DNA from: the human T2T-CHM13v2.0 reference genome, Homo sapiens
Assembly (NCBI RefSeq): GCF_009914755.1
Contig: NC_060948.1
Reading direction: 5' to 3' (one strand)
DNA: 64,000 nucleotides
Within the stretch, counting starts at the first letter, position 1, and each line of letters opens with the position of its first letter. Below the pieces are notes generated by a model, which saw only the letters and a list, made by a program, of their open reading frames with translations, was not told the DNA's origin and did not search any database. Shown in pieces: positions 39,196 to 53,476 of the stretch. The position numbers and the translations under genes were made by a program.

Positions 39196-42100
39196 ATGGA
39201 ATCGAACCACAAGGAATGGACAGGAATAGAATGGTCTCGAATTGAATGGAATCGTATGGAATGGCATCAAACGGAATGGAATGGACAGCCACGGAATGGA
39301 ATGCACTCGAATGCAATGGAGTCGAAACTAATGGACTGGAATAGAATGGACTCGACTGGTACGGACTCCAATGGAATGGAATCGAATGGAAGGGAATCGA
39401 ACGGAATGGACTCGAAGGGAAAAGACTGCAATGGAAAGGTCTCGAATGGAATGGAAATTAATGGAATGGAATGGAATCGAATGAAATGGAGTCAAAAGGA
39501 ATGGAATCGAATGGCAAGAAATCGAATGTAATGGAATCGCAAGGAATTGATGTGAACGGAACGGAATGGAATGGAATCCAAAGGAATGGAATAGAATGGA
39601 ATGGAATCGAATGGAAAGGACTCGAATGGCAATCACTCGAATAGAATGCAATTTAATAAAATAGGATCAAATGTAATGGAATGGAATGGAAAGGAATCGA
39701 AACGAAAGGAATGGAGACAGATGGAATGGAATGGAACAGAGAGCAATGGTATAGAATGGAATGGAATCATCTGGAATGGAATTGAATGGAATGGAATAAT
39801 ATGAAATGGAATGGAATGGAATGGAATGGAATGCCCTTGAATTAAATGGACTGGAATGGAATGGACTCGAACAGAGTGGAATGGAAAGTGTTGAGATAGA
39901 ATGGAATGGACTCCTTTGGAATGGTCTAGTATGCAATGCAATCGACTGGCAGGGAATCAAAAGGAATGTAATCGAATGGATTGGACTGGAATGCAATGGA
40001 CTCGAATAGATTGGAAACGGGATGCAAAGGAATGGAATGGAATAGTATGGAATGGAATGGAAAGGAATGGAGTGGAATAGACTAGAGTGGAATGGAATGG
40101 ACTGGAAAGCAATGGACTGGAATGGAACTTTCTTGAATGGACTGGAATCAAACGGAATGGGATGCAATGCAATCAAATGGCATGGAATAAAATAGAATGA
40201 AAGAGAATCAAATGGAATTGAATCGAATGGAATCGAATGGATTGGAAAGGAATAGAATGGAATGGAATGGAATGGACTCAAATGGAATGGACTAGAATGG
40301 AATGGATTCGAATGGAAGGCAAAGGAATGGAATCTATTGGAATGGACTGTAATGGAATGGAATGGAAGGGATTGGAATGGACTCAAATAGAATGGACTGC
40401 AATAGAAAGGATTCGAATGGAATGAAAAAGAATTGAATGGAATAGAACAGAATGGAATCAAATCGAATGAAATGGAATGGAATAGAAAGGAATGGAATGA
40501 AATGGAATGGAAAGGATTCGAATGGAATGCAATCGAATGGAATGGAATCGAACGGAATGGAATAAAATGGAAGAAAACTGGCAAGAAATGGAATCGAAAT
40601 GAATGGAGTGTTATGGAACGGACTCAAAAGGAATTGAATGTAATAGAATGGAGTGGAGTGGACTCGAATATAATGGACTGGAATGGAATGAAATCACATG
40701 GAATGGGAACGAATGGAATGGAATGGAAAGGAATGGAATCGAATGGAAAGGAATCGAATGGAAGGGAATGAAATTGAATCAACAGGAATGGAAGGGAATA
40801 GAATAGACGGTAATGGAATGGACTCGAATAGAATGGACACGAATGCTCAAATTGAATGGACTCGAATGGAATGGAAACGAAAGGAATGTCATCGAATGGA
40901 ATTGAATCGATTGCAATGAAATCGCATAGAATGGAGTGGAATCAAATGGAATTGAATCGAAAGGAAAGGAAGCGAATGGACTGAAATGAAATGGAATGGA
41001 ATTGAATGGAAAGTAATGCAATGGAATAGAATGGAACGAAATTTCACGGAATGGAATCAAACTGAATGGAATCAAATCAATGGAATCTAATCAAATGGAA
41101 TGGAAAGGAATTGAATGGAGTAGATTGGATTGGATGGGATTGGAATGAAATGTACTGGAAAGGACTCGAATTTCATGAAACGGAATGGAATGAATTGGAA
41201 CGGAATGGACTCGAATGGAATGGAATGTCATGGAATGGCATCAAATGGAATGGCATCAAATGGAATGGAATCGAATGCAATGGAATGCTATGGAATGGAA
41301 TGGAATGCATTGGAATGGAATGTCCTCTAATGGAATGGATTCGAGTGGAATGGAATCGAATATAATGGAGTCGAATGAAATGGAATTGAAAGGAATGGGA
41401 TCGAATACAATGGAATATACTGGAATGTAATGTAATGAACTCGAATGTAATTGACTGGAATGGAATGTACATGAATGGAAGGTAATCGAATGGAAAGTAA
41501 TCCAATGGAATAGAATCTAATGCAATAAAACCGACTCAGATAGAGTAGAATGTAATGGAATGGAGTGCAGTGCAATGGAATGGAATGGAATTGAATGCAA
41601 TGGAATGGAATGGAATGGAATGGAATGGAATGGAATGGAATGGAAAGGAATGGGATGGAATGGTATGGAATGGATAGTAATGGACTGGAGTGAAATGGAC
41701 TGGAAAGGAATGGACTCAAATTGAAAGGGCTCGAAAGGAATGGAGTCAAATGGAATGGTCTGGAATGGAATGAACACGAATGTAATGCAATCCAATAGAA
41801 TGGAATCGAATGGCATGGAATATAAAGAAATGGATTCGAAGAGAATGGAAACAAATGGAATGGAATTGAATGGAATGGAATTGAATGGAATGGGAACGAA
41901 TGGAGTGAAATTGTATGCAGTAGAAGGGAATAGAAAGGAATGCAAGCGAAAGGAAAGGAATGGATTGTAATGGAATGGAATTCATTGGAATGGAAGGGAA
42001 TGTAGTGTAATGGACAGGCCTGGAATAAAGTGGAATGCTACGGTCTCGAATGGAATAAAAATGTATGGAATGGAATGCAATGAAATGGAATCGAATGTCA

Positions 42101-42769
42101 TAGAATGTAATGGAATGCAACAAAATGGAATCCAATATCATTGACTGGAAAGGCTGGGTGTCGAAAGGAATTGACTCCAATGGAATGGAATCGAATGGAA
42201 TGGAAGTGAATAGAATCGAACTAAATCGAATGGAATGGAATTGATAGGAACGGAATGGAAAGGAATGCAATGATTTGGCATGGAATGGAATCGAATGGCA
42301 TCGAATGGAATGGAATGGAATGCAATGGAATGGAATATATTAGAATGTAATGAACTTTAATGGAATGTACTCGAATGGATTCGACTGGAATGGAATGTTC
42401 TGGAAGTGAATGGACTCCAATGGAATGGATTCAAAAGGAATGGAATCGTACGGAATGGAATCTAATGGAATGGAATTAAATGGAAATGAATCAAATTGAA
42501 TAGCACGGAATTGAATTGAATGGAATGGAATGCAATGGAATCTAATGAAACGGAAAGGAAAGGAATGGAATGGAATGGAATGGGCTGGAATGGAAAGGAA
42601 TCGAAACGAATGGAATGGAATCGAACTGAAGAGACTGGAATGGAATGCACTGGAATGGAAGGGAGTGTAATGGAAGGTTCTCGAAAAAAATGGAATCGAA
42701 TGGAATGGAATTGAATGGAACGGAATAGAGTCGAATGGAATTGAATGGAATGGAATGGACTAGAGTGAA
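39196..42769 (+). repeat. DYZ1 unit U12 (3574 bp), dimer monomer B
   Basis: TGGCAATCAC, CGATTGCAAT and TGGATTCGAAGAG markers shared with U14. Confidence 0.93.
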
Positions 42770-45700
42770 ATGGAATCGAACCACAAGGAATGGAGAGGAA
42801 TAGAATGGTCTCGAATTGAATGGAATCGTATGGAATGGCATCAAACGGAATGGAATGGACAGCCACGGAATGGAATGCACTCGAATGCAATGGAGTCGAA
42901 ACTAATGGACTGGAATAGAATGGACTCGACTGGTACGGACTCCAATGGAATGGAATCGAATGGAAGGGAATCGAACGGAATGGACTCGAAGGGAAAAGAC
43001 TGCAATGGAAAGGTCTCGAATGGAATGGAAATTAATGGAATGGAATGGAATCGAATGAAATGGAGTCAAAAGGAATGGAATCGAATGGCAAGAAATCGAA
43101 TGTAATGGAATCGCAAGGAATTGATGTGAACGGAACGGAATGGAATGGAATCCAAAGGAATGGAATAGAATGGAATGGAATCGAATGGAAAGGACTCGAA
43201 TGGAAATCACTCGAATAGAATGCAATTTAATAAAATAGGATCAAATGTAATGGAATGGAATGGAAAGGAATCGAAACGAAAGGAATGGAGACAGATGGAT
43301 TGGAATAGAACAGAGAGCAATGGTATAGAATGGAATGGAATCATCTGGAATGGAATTGAATGGAATGGAATAATATGAAATGGAATGGAATGGAATGGAA
43401 TGGAATGCCCTTGAATTAAATGGACTGGAATGGAATGGACTCGAACAGAGTGGAATGGAAAGTGTTGAGATAGAATGGAATGGACTCCTTTGGAATGGTC
43501 TAGTACGCAATGCAATCGACTGGCAGGGAATCAAAAGGAATGTAATCGAATGGATTGGACTGGAATGCAATGGACTCGAATAGATTGCAAACGGGATGCA
43601 AAGGAATGGAATGGAATAGTATGGAATGGAATGGAAAGGAATGGAGTGGAATAGACTAGAGTGGAATGGAATGGACTGGAAAGCAATGGACTGGAATGGA
43701 ACTTTCTTGAATGGACTGGAATCAAACGGAATGGAATGCAATGCAATCAAATGGCATGGAATAAAATAGAATGAAAGAGAATCAAATGGAATTGAATCGA
43801 ATGGAATCGAATGGATTGGAAAGGAATAGAATGGAATGGAATGGAATGGACTCAAATGGAATGGACTAGAATGGAATGGATTCGAATGGAAGGCAAAGGA
43901 ATGGAATCTATTGGAATGGACTGTAATGGAATGGAATGGAAGGGATTCGAATGGACTCGAATGGAATGGACTGCAATAGAAAGGGTTCGAATGGAATGAA
44001 AAAGAATTGAATGGAATAGAACAGAATGGAATCAAATCGAATGAAATGGAATGGAATAGAAAGGAATGGAATGAAATGGAATGGAAAGGATTCGAATGGA
44101 ATGCAATCGAATGGAATGGAATCGAACGGAATGGAATAAAATGGAAGAAAACTGGCAAGAAATGGAATCGAAATGAATGGAGTGTTATGGAACGGACTCA
44201 AAAGGAATTGAATGTAATAGAATGGAGTGGAGTGGACTCGAATATAATGGACTGGAATGGAATGAAATCACATGGAATGGGAACGAATGGAATGGAATGG
44301 AAAGGAATGGAATCGAATGGAAAGGAATCGAATGGAAGGGAATGAAATTGAATCAACAGGAATGGAAGGGAATAGAATAGACGGTAATGGAATGGACTCG
44401 AATAGAATGGACACGAATGCTCAAATTGAATGGACTCGAATGGAATGGAAACGAAAGGAATGTCATCGAATGGAATTGAATCGATTGGAATGAAATCGCA
44501 TAGAATGGAGTGGAATCAAATGGAATTGAATCGAAAGGAAAGGAAGCGAATGGACTGAAATGAAATGGAATGGAATTGAATGGAAAGTAATGCAATGGAA
44601 TAGAATGGAACGAAATTTCACGGAATGGAATCAAACTGAATGGAATCAAATCAATGGAATCAAATCAAATGGAATGGAAAGGAATTGAATGGAGTAGATT
44701 GGATTGGATGGGATTGGAATGAAATGTACTGGAAAGGACTCGAATTTCATGAAACGGAATGGAATGAATTGGAACGGAATGGACTCGAATGGAATGGAAT
44801 GTCATGGAATGGCATCAAATGGAATGGCATCAAATGGAATGGAATCGAATGCAATGGAATGCTATGGAATGGAATGGAATGCATTGGAATGGAATGTCCT
44901 CTAATGGAATGGATTCGAGTGGAATGGAATCGAATATAATGGAGTCGAACGAAATGGAATTGAAAGGAATGGGATCGAATACAATGGAATATACTGGAAT
45001 GTAATGTAATGAACTCGAATGTAATTGACTGGAATGGAAGGTATATGAATGGAATGTAATCGAATGGAAAGTAATCCAATGGAATAGAATCTAATGCAAT
45101 AAAATCGACTCAGATAGAGTAGCATGTAATGGAATGGAGTGCAGTGCAATGGAATGGAATGGAATGGAATGCAATGGAATGGAATGGAATGGAATGGAAT
45201 GGAATGGAATGGAATGGGATGGGATGGAATGGTATGGAATGGATAGTAATGGACTGGAGTGAAATGGACTGGAAAGGAATGGACTCAAATTGAAAGGGCT
45301 CGAAAGGAATGGAGTCAAATGGAATGGTCTGGAATGGAATGAACACGAATGTAATGCAATCCAATAGAATGGAATCGAATGGCATGGAATATAAAGAAAT
45401 GGAATCGGAGAGAATGGAAACAAATGGAATGGAATTGAATGGAATGGAATTGAATGGAATGGGAACGAATGGAGTGAAATTGTATGCAGTAGAAGGGAAT
45501 AGAATGGAATGCAAGCAAAAGGAAAGGAATGGATTGGAATGGAATGGAATTCATTGGAATGGAAGGGAATGTAGTGTAATGGACAGGCCTGGAATAAAGT
45601 GCAATGCTACGGTCTCGAATGGAATAAAAATGTATGGAATGGAATGCAATGAAATGGAATCGAATGTCATAGAATGTAATGGAATGCAACAAAATGGAAT

Positions 45701-46338
45701 CCAATATCATTGACTGGAAAGGCTGGGTGTCGAAAGGAATTGACTCCAATGGAATGGAATCGAATGGAATGGAAGTGAATAGAATCGAACTAAATGGAAT
45801 GGAATGGAATTGATAGGAACGGAATGGAAAGGAATGCAATGATTTGGCATGGAATGGAATCGAATGGCATCGAATGGAATGGAATGGAATGCAATGGAAT
45901 GGAAGGTATTAGAATGGAATGAACTTTAATGGAATGTACTCGAATGGATTCGACTGGAATGGAATGTTCTGGAAGTGAATGGACTCCAATGGAATGGATT
46001 CAAAAGGAATGGAATCGTACGGAATGGAATCTAATGGAATGGAATTAAATGGAAATGAATCAAATTGAATAGCACGGAATTGAATTGAATGGAATGGAAT
46101 GCAATGGAATCTAATGAAACGGAAAGGAAAGGAATGGAATGGAATGGAATGGGCTGGAATGGAAAGGAATCGAAACGAATGGAATGGAATCGAACTGAAG
46201 AGACTGGAATGGAATGCACTGGAATGGAAGGGAGTGTAATGGAAGGTTCTCGAAAAAAATGGAATCGAATGGAATGGAATTGAATGGAACGGAATAGAGT
46301 CGAATGGAATTGAATGGAATGGAATGGACTAGAGTGAA
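42770..46338 (+). repeat. DYZ1 unit U13 (3569 bp), dimer monomer A'
   Basis: Offset 7143 from U11, with shared markers. Confidence 0.93.
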
Positions 46339-49300
46339 ATGGAATCGAACCACAAGGAATGGACAGGAATAGAATGGTCTCGAATTGAATGGAATCGTAT
46401 GGAATGGCATCAAACGGAATGGAATGGACAGCCACGGAATGGAATGCACTCGAATGCAATGGAGTCGAAACTAATGGACTGGAATAGAATGGACTCGACT
46501 GGTACGGACTCCAATGGAATGGAATCGAATGGAAGGGAATCGAACGGAATGGACTCGAAGGGAAAAGACTGCAATGGAAAGGTCTCGAATGGAATGGAAA
46601 TTAATGGAATGGAATGGAATCGAATGAAATGGAGTCAAAAGGAATGGAATCGAATGGCAAGAAATCGAATGTAATGGAATCGCAAGGAATTGATGTGAAC
46701 GGAACGGAATGGAATGGAATCCAAAGGAATGGAATAGAATGGAATGGAATCGAATGGAAAGGACTCGAATGGCAATCACTCGAATAGAATGCAATTTAAT
46801 AAAATAGGATCAAATGTAATGGAATGGAATGGAAAGGAATCGAAACGAAAGGAATGGAGACAGATGGAATGGAATGGAACAGAGAGCAATGGTATAGAAT
46901 GGAATGGAATCATCTGGAATGGAATTGAATGGAATGGAATAATATGAAATGGAATGGAATGGAATGGAATGGAATGCCCTTGAATTAAATGGACTGGAAT
47001 GGAATGGACTCGAACAGAGTGGAATGGAAAGTGTTGAGATAGAATGGAATGGACTCCTTTGGAATGGTCTAGTATGCAATGCAATCGACTGGCAGGGAAT
47101 CAAAAGGAATGTAATCGAATGGATTGGACTGGAATGCAATGGACTCGAATAGATTGGAAACGGGATGCAAAGGAATGGAATGGAATAGTATGGAATGGAA
47201 TGGAAAGGAATGGAGTGGAATAGACTAGAGTGGAATGGAATGGACTGGAAAGCAATGGACTGGAATGGAACTTTCTTGAATGGACTGGAATCAAACGGAA
47301 TGGGATGCAATGCAATCAAATGGCATGGAATAAAATAGAATGAAAGAGAATCAAATGGAATTGAATCGAATGGAATCGAATGGATTGGAAAGGAATAGAA
47401 TGGAATGGAATGGAATGGACTCAAATGGAATGGACTAGAATGGAATGGATTCGAATGGAAGGCAAAGGAATGGAATCTATTGGAATGGACTGTAATGGAA
47501 TGGAATGGAAGGGATTGGAATGGACTCAAATAGAATGGACTGCAATAGAAAGGATTCGAATGGAATGAAAAAGAATTGAATGGAATAGAACAGAATGGAA
47601 TCAAATCGAATGAAATGGAATGGAATAGAAAGGAATGGAATGAAATGGAATGGAAAGGATTCGAATGGAATGCAATCGAATGGAATGGAATCGAACGGAA
47701 TGGAATAAAATGGAAGAAAACTGGCAAGAAATGGAATCGAAATGAATGGAGTGTTATGGAACGGACTCAAAAGGAATTGAATGTAATAGAATGGAGTGGA
47801 GTGGACTCGAATATAATGGACTGGAATGGAATGAAATCACATGGAATGGGAACGAATGGAATGGAATGGAAAGGAATGGAATCGAATGGAAAGGAATCGA
47901 ATGGAAGGGAATGAAATTGAATCAACAGGAATGGAAGGGAATAGAATAGACGGTAATGGAATGGACTCGAATAGAATGGACACGAATGCTCAAATTGAAT
48001 GGACTCGAATGGAATGGAAACGAAAGGAATGTCATCGAATGGAATTGAATCGATTGCAATGAAATCGCATAGAATGGAGTGGAATCAAATGGAATTGAAT
48101 CGAAAGGAAAGGAAGCGAATGGACTGAAATGAAATGGAATGGAATTGAATGGAAAGTAATGCAATGGAATAGAATGGAACGAAATTTCACGGAATGGAAT
48201 CAAACTGAATGGAATCAAATCAATGGAATCTAATCAAATGGAATGGAAAGGAATTGAATGGAGTAGATTGGATTGGATGGGATTGGAATGAAATGTACTG
48301 GAAAGGACTCGAATTTCATGAAACGGAATGGAATGAATTGGAACGGAATGGACTCGAATGGAATGGAATGTCATGGAATGGCATCAAATGGAATGGCATC
48401 AAATGGAATGGAATCGAATGCAATGGAATGCTATGGAATGGAATGGAATGCATTGGAATGGAATGTCCTCTAATGGAATGGATTCGAGTGGAATGGAATC
48501 GAATATAATGGAGTCGAATGAAATGGAATTGAAAGGAATGGGATCGAATACAATGGAATATACTGGAATGTAATGTAATGAACTCGAATGTAATTGACTG
48601 GAATGGAATGTACATGAATGGAAGGTAATCGAATGGAAAGTAATCCAATGGAATAGAATCTAATGCAATAAAACCGACTCAGATAGAGTAGAATGTAATG
48701 GAATGGAGTGCAGTGCAATGGAATGGAATGGAATTGAATGCAATGGAATGGAATGGAATGGAATGGAATGGAATGGAATGGAATGGAAAGGAATGGGATG
48801 GAATGGTATGGAATGGATAGTAATGGACTGGAGTGAAATGGACTGGAAAGGAATGGACTCAAATTGAAAGGGCTCGAAAGGAATGGTGTCAAATGGAATG
48901 GTCTGGAATGGAATGAACACGAATGTAATGCAGTCCAATAGAATGGAATCGAATGGCATGGAATATAAAGAAATGGATTCGAAGAGAATGGAAACAAATG
49001 GAATGGAATTGAATGGAATGGAATTGAATGGAATGGGAACGAATGGAGTGAAATTGTATGCAGTAGAAGGGAATAGAATGGAATGCAAGCGAAAGGAAAG
49101 GAATGGATTGGAATGGAATGGAATTCATTGGAATGGAAGGGAATGTAGTGTAATGGACAGGCCTGGAATAAAGTGGAATGCTACGGTCTCGAATGGAATA
49201 AAAATGTATGGAATGGAATGCAATGAAACGGAATCGAATGTCATAGAATGTAATGGAATGCAACAAAATGGAATCCAAAATCATTGACTGGAAAGGCTGG

Positions 49301-49912
49301 GTGTCGAAAGGAATTGACTCCAATGGAATGGAATCGAATGGAATGGAAGTGAATAGAATCGAACTAAATCGAATGGAATGGAATTGATAGGAACGGAATG
49401 GAAAGGAATGCAATGATTTGGCATGGAATGGAATCGAATGGCATCGAATGGAATGGAATGGAATGCAATGGAATGGAATGTATTAGAATGTAATGAACTT
49501 TAATGGAATGTACTCGAATGGATTCGACTGGAATGGAATGTTCTGGAAGTGAATGGACTCCAATGGAATGGATTCAAAAGGAATGGAATCGTACGGAATG
49601 GAATCTAATGGAATGGAATTAAATGGAAATGAATCAAATTGAATAGCACGGAATTGAATTGAATGGAATGGAATGCAATGGAATCTAATGAAACGGAAAG
49701 GAAAGGAATGGAATGGAATGGAATGGGCTGGAATGGAAAGGAATCGAAACGAATGGAATGGAATCGAACTGAAGAGACTGGAATGGAATGCACTGGAATG
49801 GAAGGGAGTGTAATGGAAGGTTCTCGAAAATAATGGAATCGAATGGAATGGAATTGAATGGAACGGAATAGAGTCGAATGGAATTGAATGGAATGGAATG
49901 GACTAGAGTGAA
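46339..49912 (+). repeat. DYZ1 unit U14 (3574 bp), dimer monomer B'
   Basis: Offset 7143 from U12, with shared markers. Confidence 0.93.
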
Positions 49913-52900
49913 ATGGAATCGAACCACAAGGAATGGACAGGAATAGAATGGTCTCGAATTGAATGGAATCGTATGGAATGGCATCAAACGGAATGGAATG
50001 GACAGCCACGGAATGGAATGCACTCGAATGCAATGGAGTCGAAACTAATGGACTGGAATAGAATGGACTCGACTGGTACGGACTCCAATGGAATGGAATC
50101 GAATGGAAGGGAATCGAACGGAATGGACTCGAAGGGAAAAGACTGCAATGGAAAGGTCTCGAATGGAATGGAAATTAATGGAATGGAATGGAATCGAATG
50201 AAATGGAGTCAAAAGGAATGGAATCGAATGGCAAGAAATCGAATGTAATGGAATCGCAAGGAATTGATGTGAACGGAACGGAATGGAATGGAATCCAAAG
50301 GAATGGAATAGAATGGAATGGAATCGAATGGAAAGGACTCGAATGGAAATCACTCGAATAGAATGCAATTTAATAAAATAGGATCAAATGTAATGGAATG
50401 GAATGGAAAGGAATCGAAACGAAAGGAATGGAGACAGATGGAATGGAATGGAACAGAGAGCAATGGTATAGAATGGAATGGAATCATCTGGAATGGAATT
50501 GAATGGAATGGAATAATATGAAATGGAATGGAATGGAATGGAATGGAATGCCCTTGAATTAAATGGACTGGAATGGAATGGACTCGAACAGAGTGGAATG
50601 GAAAGTGTTGAGATAGAATGGAATGGACTCCTTTGGAATGGTCTAGTATGCAATGCAATCGACTGTCAGGGAATCAAAAGGAATGTAATCGAATGGATTG
50701 GACTGGAATGCAATGGACTCGAATAGATTGGAAACGGAATGCAAAGGAATGGAATGGAATAGTATGGAATGGAATGGAAAGGAATGGAGTGGAATAGACT
50801 AGAGTGGAATGGAATGGACTGGAAAGCAATGGACTGGAATGGAACTTTCTTGGATGGACTGGAATCAAACGGAATGGAATGCAATGCAATCAAATGGCAT
50901 GGAATAAAATAGAATGAAAGAGAATCAAATGGAATTGAATCGAATGGAATCGAATGGATTGTAAAGGAATAGAATGGAATGGAATGGAATTGACTCAAAT
51001 GGAATGGACTAGAATGGAATGGATTCGAATGGAAGGCAAAGGAATGGAATCTATTGGAATGGACTGTAATGGAATGGAATGGAAGGGATTGGAATGGACT
51101 CGAATGGAATGGACTGCAATAGAAAGGATTCGAATGGAATGAAAAAGAATTGAATGGAATAGAACAGAATGGAATCAAATCGAATGAAATGGAATGGAAT
51201 AGAAAGGAATGGAATGAAATGGAATGGAAAGGATTCGAATGGAATGCAATCGAATGGAATGGAATCGAACGGAATGGAATAAAATGGAAGAAAACTGGCA
51301 AGAAATGGAATCGAAATGAATGGAGTGTTATGGAACGGACTCAAAAGGAATTGAATGTAATAGAATGGAGTGGAGTGGACTCGAATATAATGGACTGGAA
51401 TGGAATGAAATCACATGGAATGGGAACGAATGGAATGGAATGGAAAGGAATGGAATCGAATGGAAAGGAATCGAATGGAAGGGAATGAAATTGAATCAAC
51501 AGGAATGGAAGGGAATAGAATAGACGGTAATGGAATGGACTCGAATAGAATGGACACGAATGCTCAAATTGAATGGATTCGAATGGAATGGAAACGAAAG
51601 GAATGTCATCGAATGGAATTGAATCGATTGGAATGAAATCGCATAGAATGGAGTGGAATCAAATGGAATTGAATCGAAAGGAAAGGAAGCGAATGGACTG
51701 AAATGAAATGGAATGGAATTGAATGGAAAATAATGCAATGGAATAGAATGGAACGAAATTTCACGGAATGGAATCAAACTGAATGGAATCAAATCAATGG
51801 AATCTAATCAAATGGAATGGAAAGGAATTGAATGGAGTAGATTGGATTGGATGGGATTGGAATGAAATGTACTGGAAAGGACTCGAATTTCATGAAACGG
51901 AATGGAATGAATTGGAACGGAATGGACTCGAATGGAATGGAATGTCATGGAATGGCATCGAATGGAATGGCATCAAATGGAATGGAATCGAATGCAATGG
52001 AATGTTATGGAATGGAATGGAATGCATTGGAATGGAATGTCCTCTAATGGAATGGATTCGAGTGGAATGGAATCGAATATAATGGAGTCGAATGAAATGG
52101 AATTGAAAGGAATGGGATCGAATAGAATGGAATATACTGGAATGTAATGTAATGAACACGAATGTAATTGACTGGAATGGAATGTACATGAATGGAAGGT
52201 AATCGAATGGAAAGTAATCCAATGGAATAGAATCTAATGCAATAAAACCGAATCAGATAGAGTAGAATGTAATGGAATGGAGTGCAGTGCAATGGAATGG
52301 AATGGAATTGAATGCAATGGAATGGAATGGAATGGAATGGAATGGAATGGAATGGAATGGAATGGTATGGAATGGATAGTAATGGACTGGAGTGAAATGG
52401 ACTGGAAAGGAATGGACTCAAATTGAAAGGGCTCGAAAGGAATGGAGTCAAATGGAATGGTCTGGAATGGAATGAACACGAATGAAATGCAATCCAATAG
52501 AATGGAATCGAATGGCATGGAATATAAAGAAATGGAATCGAAGAGAATGGAAACAAATGGAATGGAATTGAATGGAATGGAATTGAATGGAATGGGAACG
52601 AATGGAGTGAAATTGTATGCAGTAGAAGGGAATAGAATGGAATGCAAGCGAAAGGAAAGGAATGGATTGGAATGGAATGGAATTCATTGGAATGGAAGGG
52701 AATGTAGTGTAATGGACAGGCCTGGAATAAAGTGGAATGCTACGGTCTCGAATGGAATAAAAATGTATGGAATGGAATGCAATGAAACGGAATCGAATGT
52801 CATAGAATGTAATGGAATGCAACAAAATGGAATCCAAAATCATTGACTGGAAAGGCTGGGTGTCGAAAGGAATTGACTCCAATGGAATGGAATAGAATGG

Positions 52901-53476
52901 AATGGAAGTGAATAGAATCGAACTAAATCGAATGGAATGGAATTGATAGGAACGGAATGGAAAGGAATGCAATGATTTGGCATGGAATGGAATCGAATGG
53001 CATCGAATGGAATGGAATGGAATGGAATGCAATGGAATGGAATGTATTAGAATGTAATGAACTTTAATGGAATGTACTCGAATGGATTCGACTGGAATGG
53101 AATGTTCTGGAAGTGAATGGACTCCAATGGAATGGATTCAAAAGGAATGGAATTGTACGGAATGGAATCTAATGGAATGGAATTAAATGGAAATGAATCA
53201 AATTGAATAGCACGGAATTGAATTGAATGGAATGGAATGCAATGGAATCTAATGAAACGGAAAGGAAAGGAATGGAATGGAATGGAATGGGCTGGAATGG
53301 AAAGGAATCGAAACGAATGGAATGGAATCGAACTGAAGAGACTGGAATGGAATGCACTGGAATGGAAGGGAGTGTAATGGAAGGTTCTCGAAAAAAATGG
53401 AATCGAATGGAATGGAATTGAATGGAACGGAATAGAGTCGAATGGAATTGAATGGAATGGAATGGACTAGAGTGAA
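49913..53476 (+). repeat. DYZ1 unit U15 (3564 bp)
   Basis: GACTGTCAGG, GGATTGTAAAGG and AAACCGAATCAG markers; GGGAT interruption lost; extra GGAAT near 53020. Confidence 0.93.
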
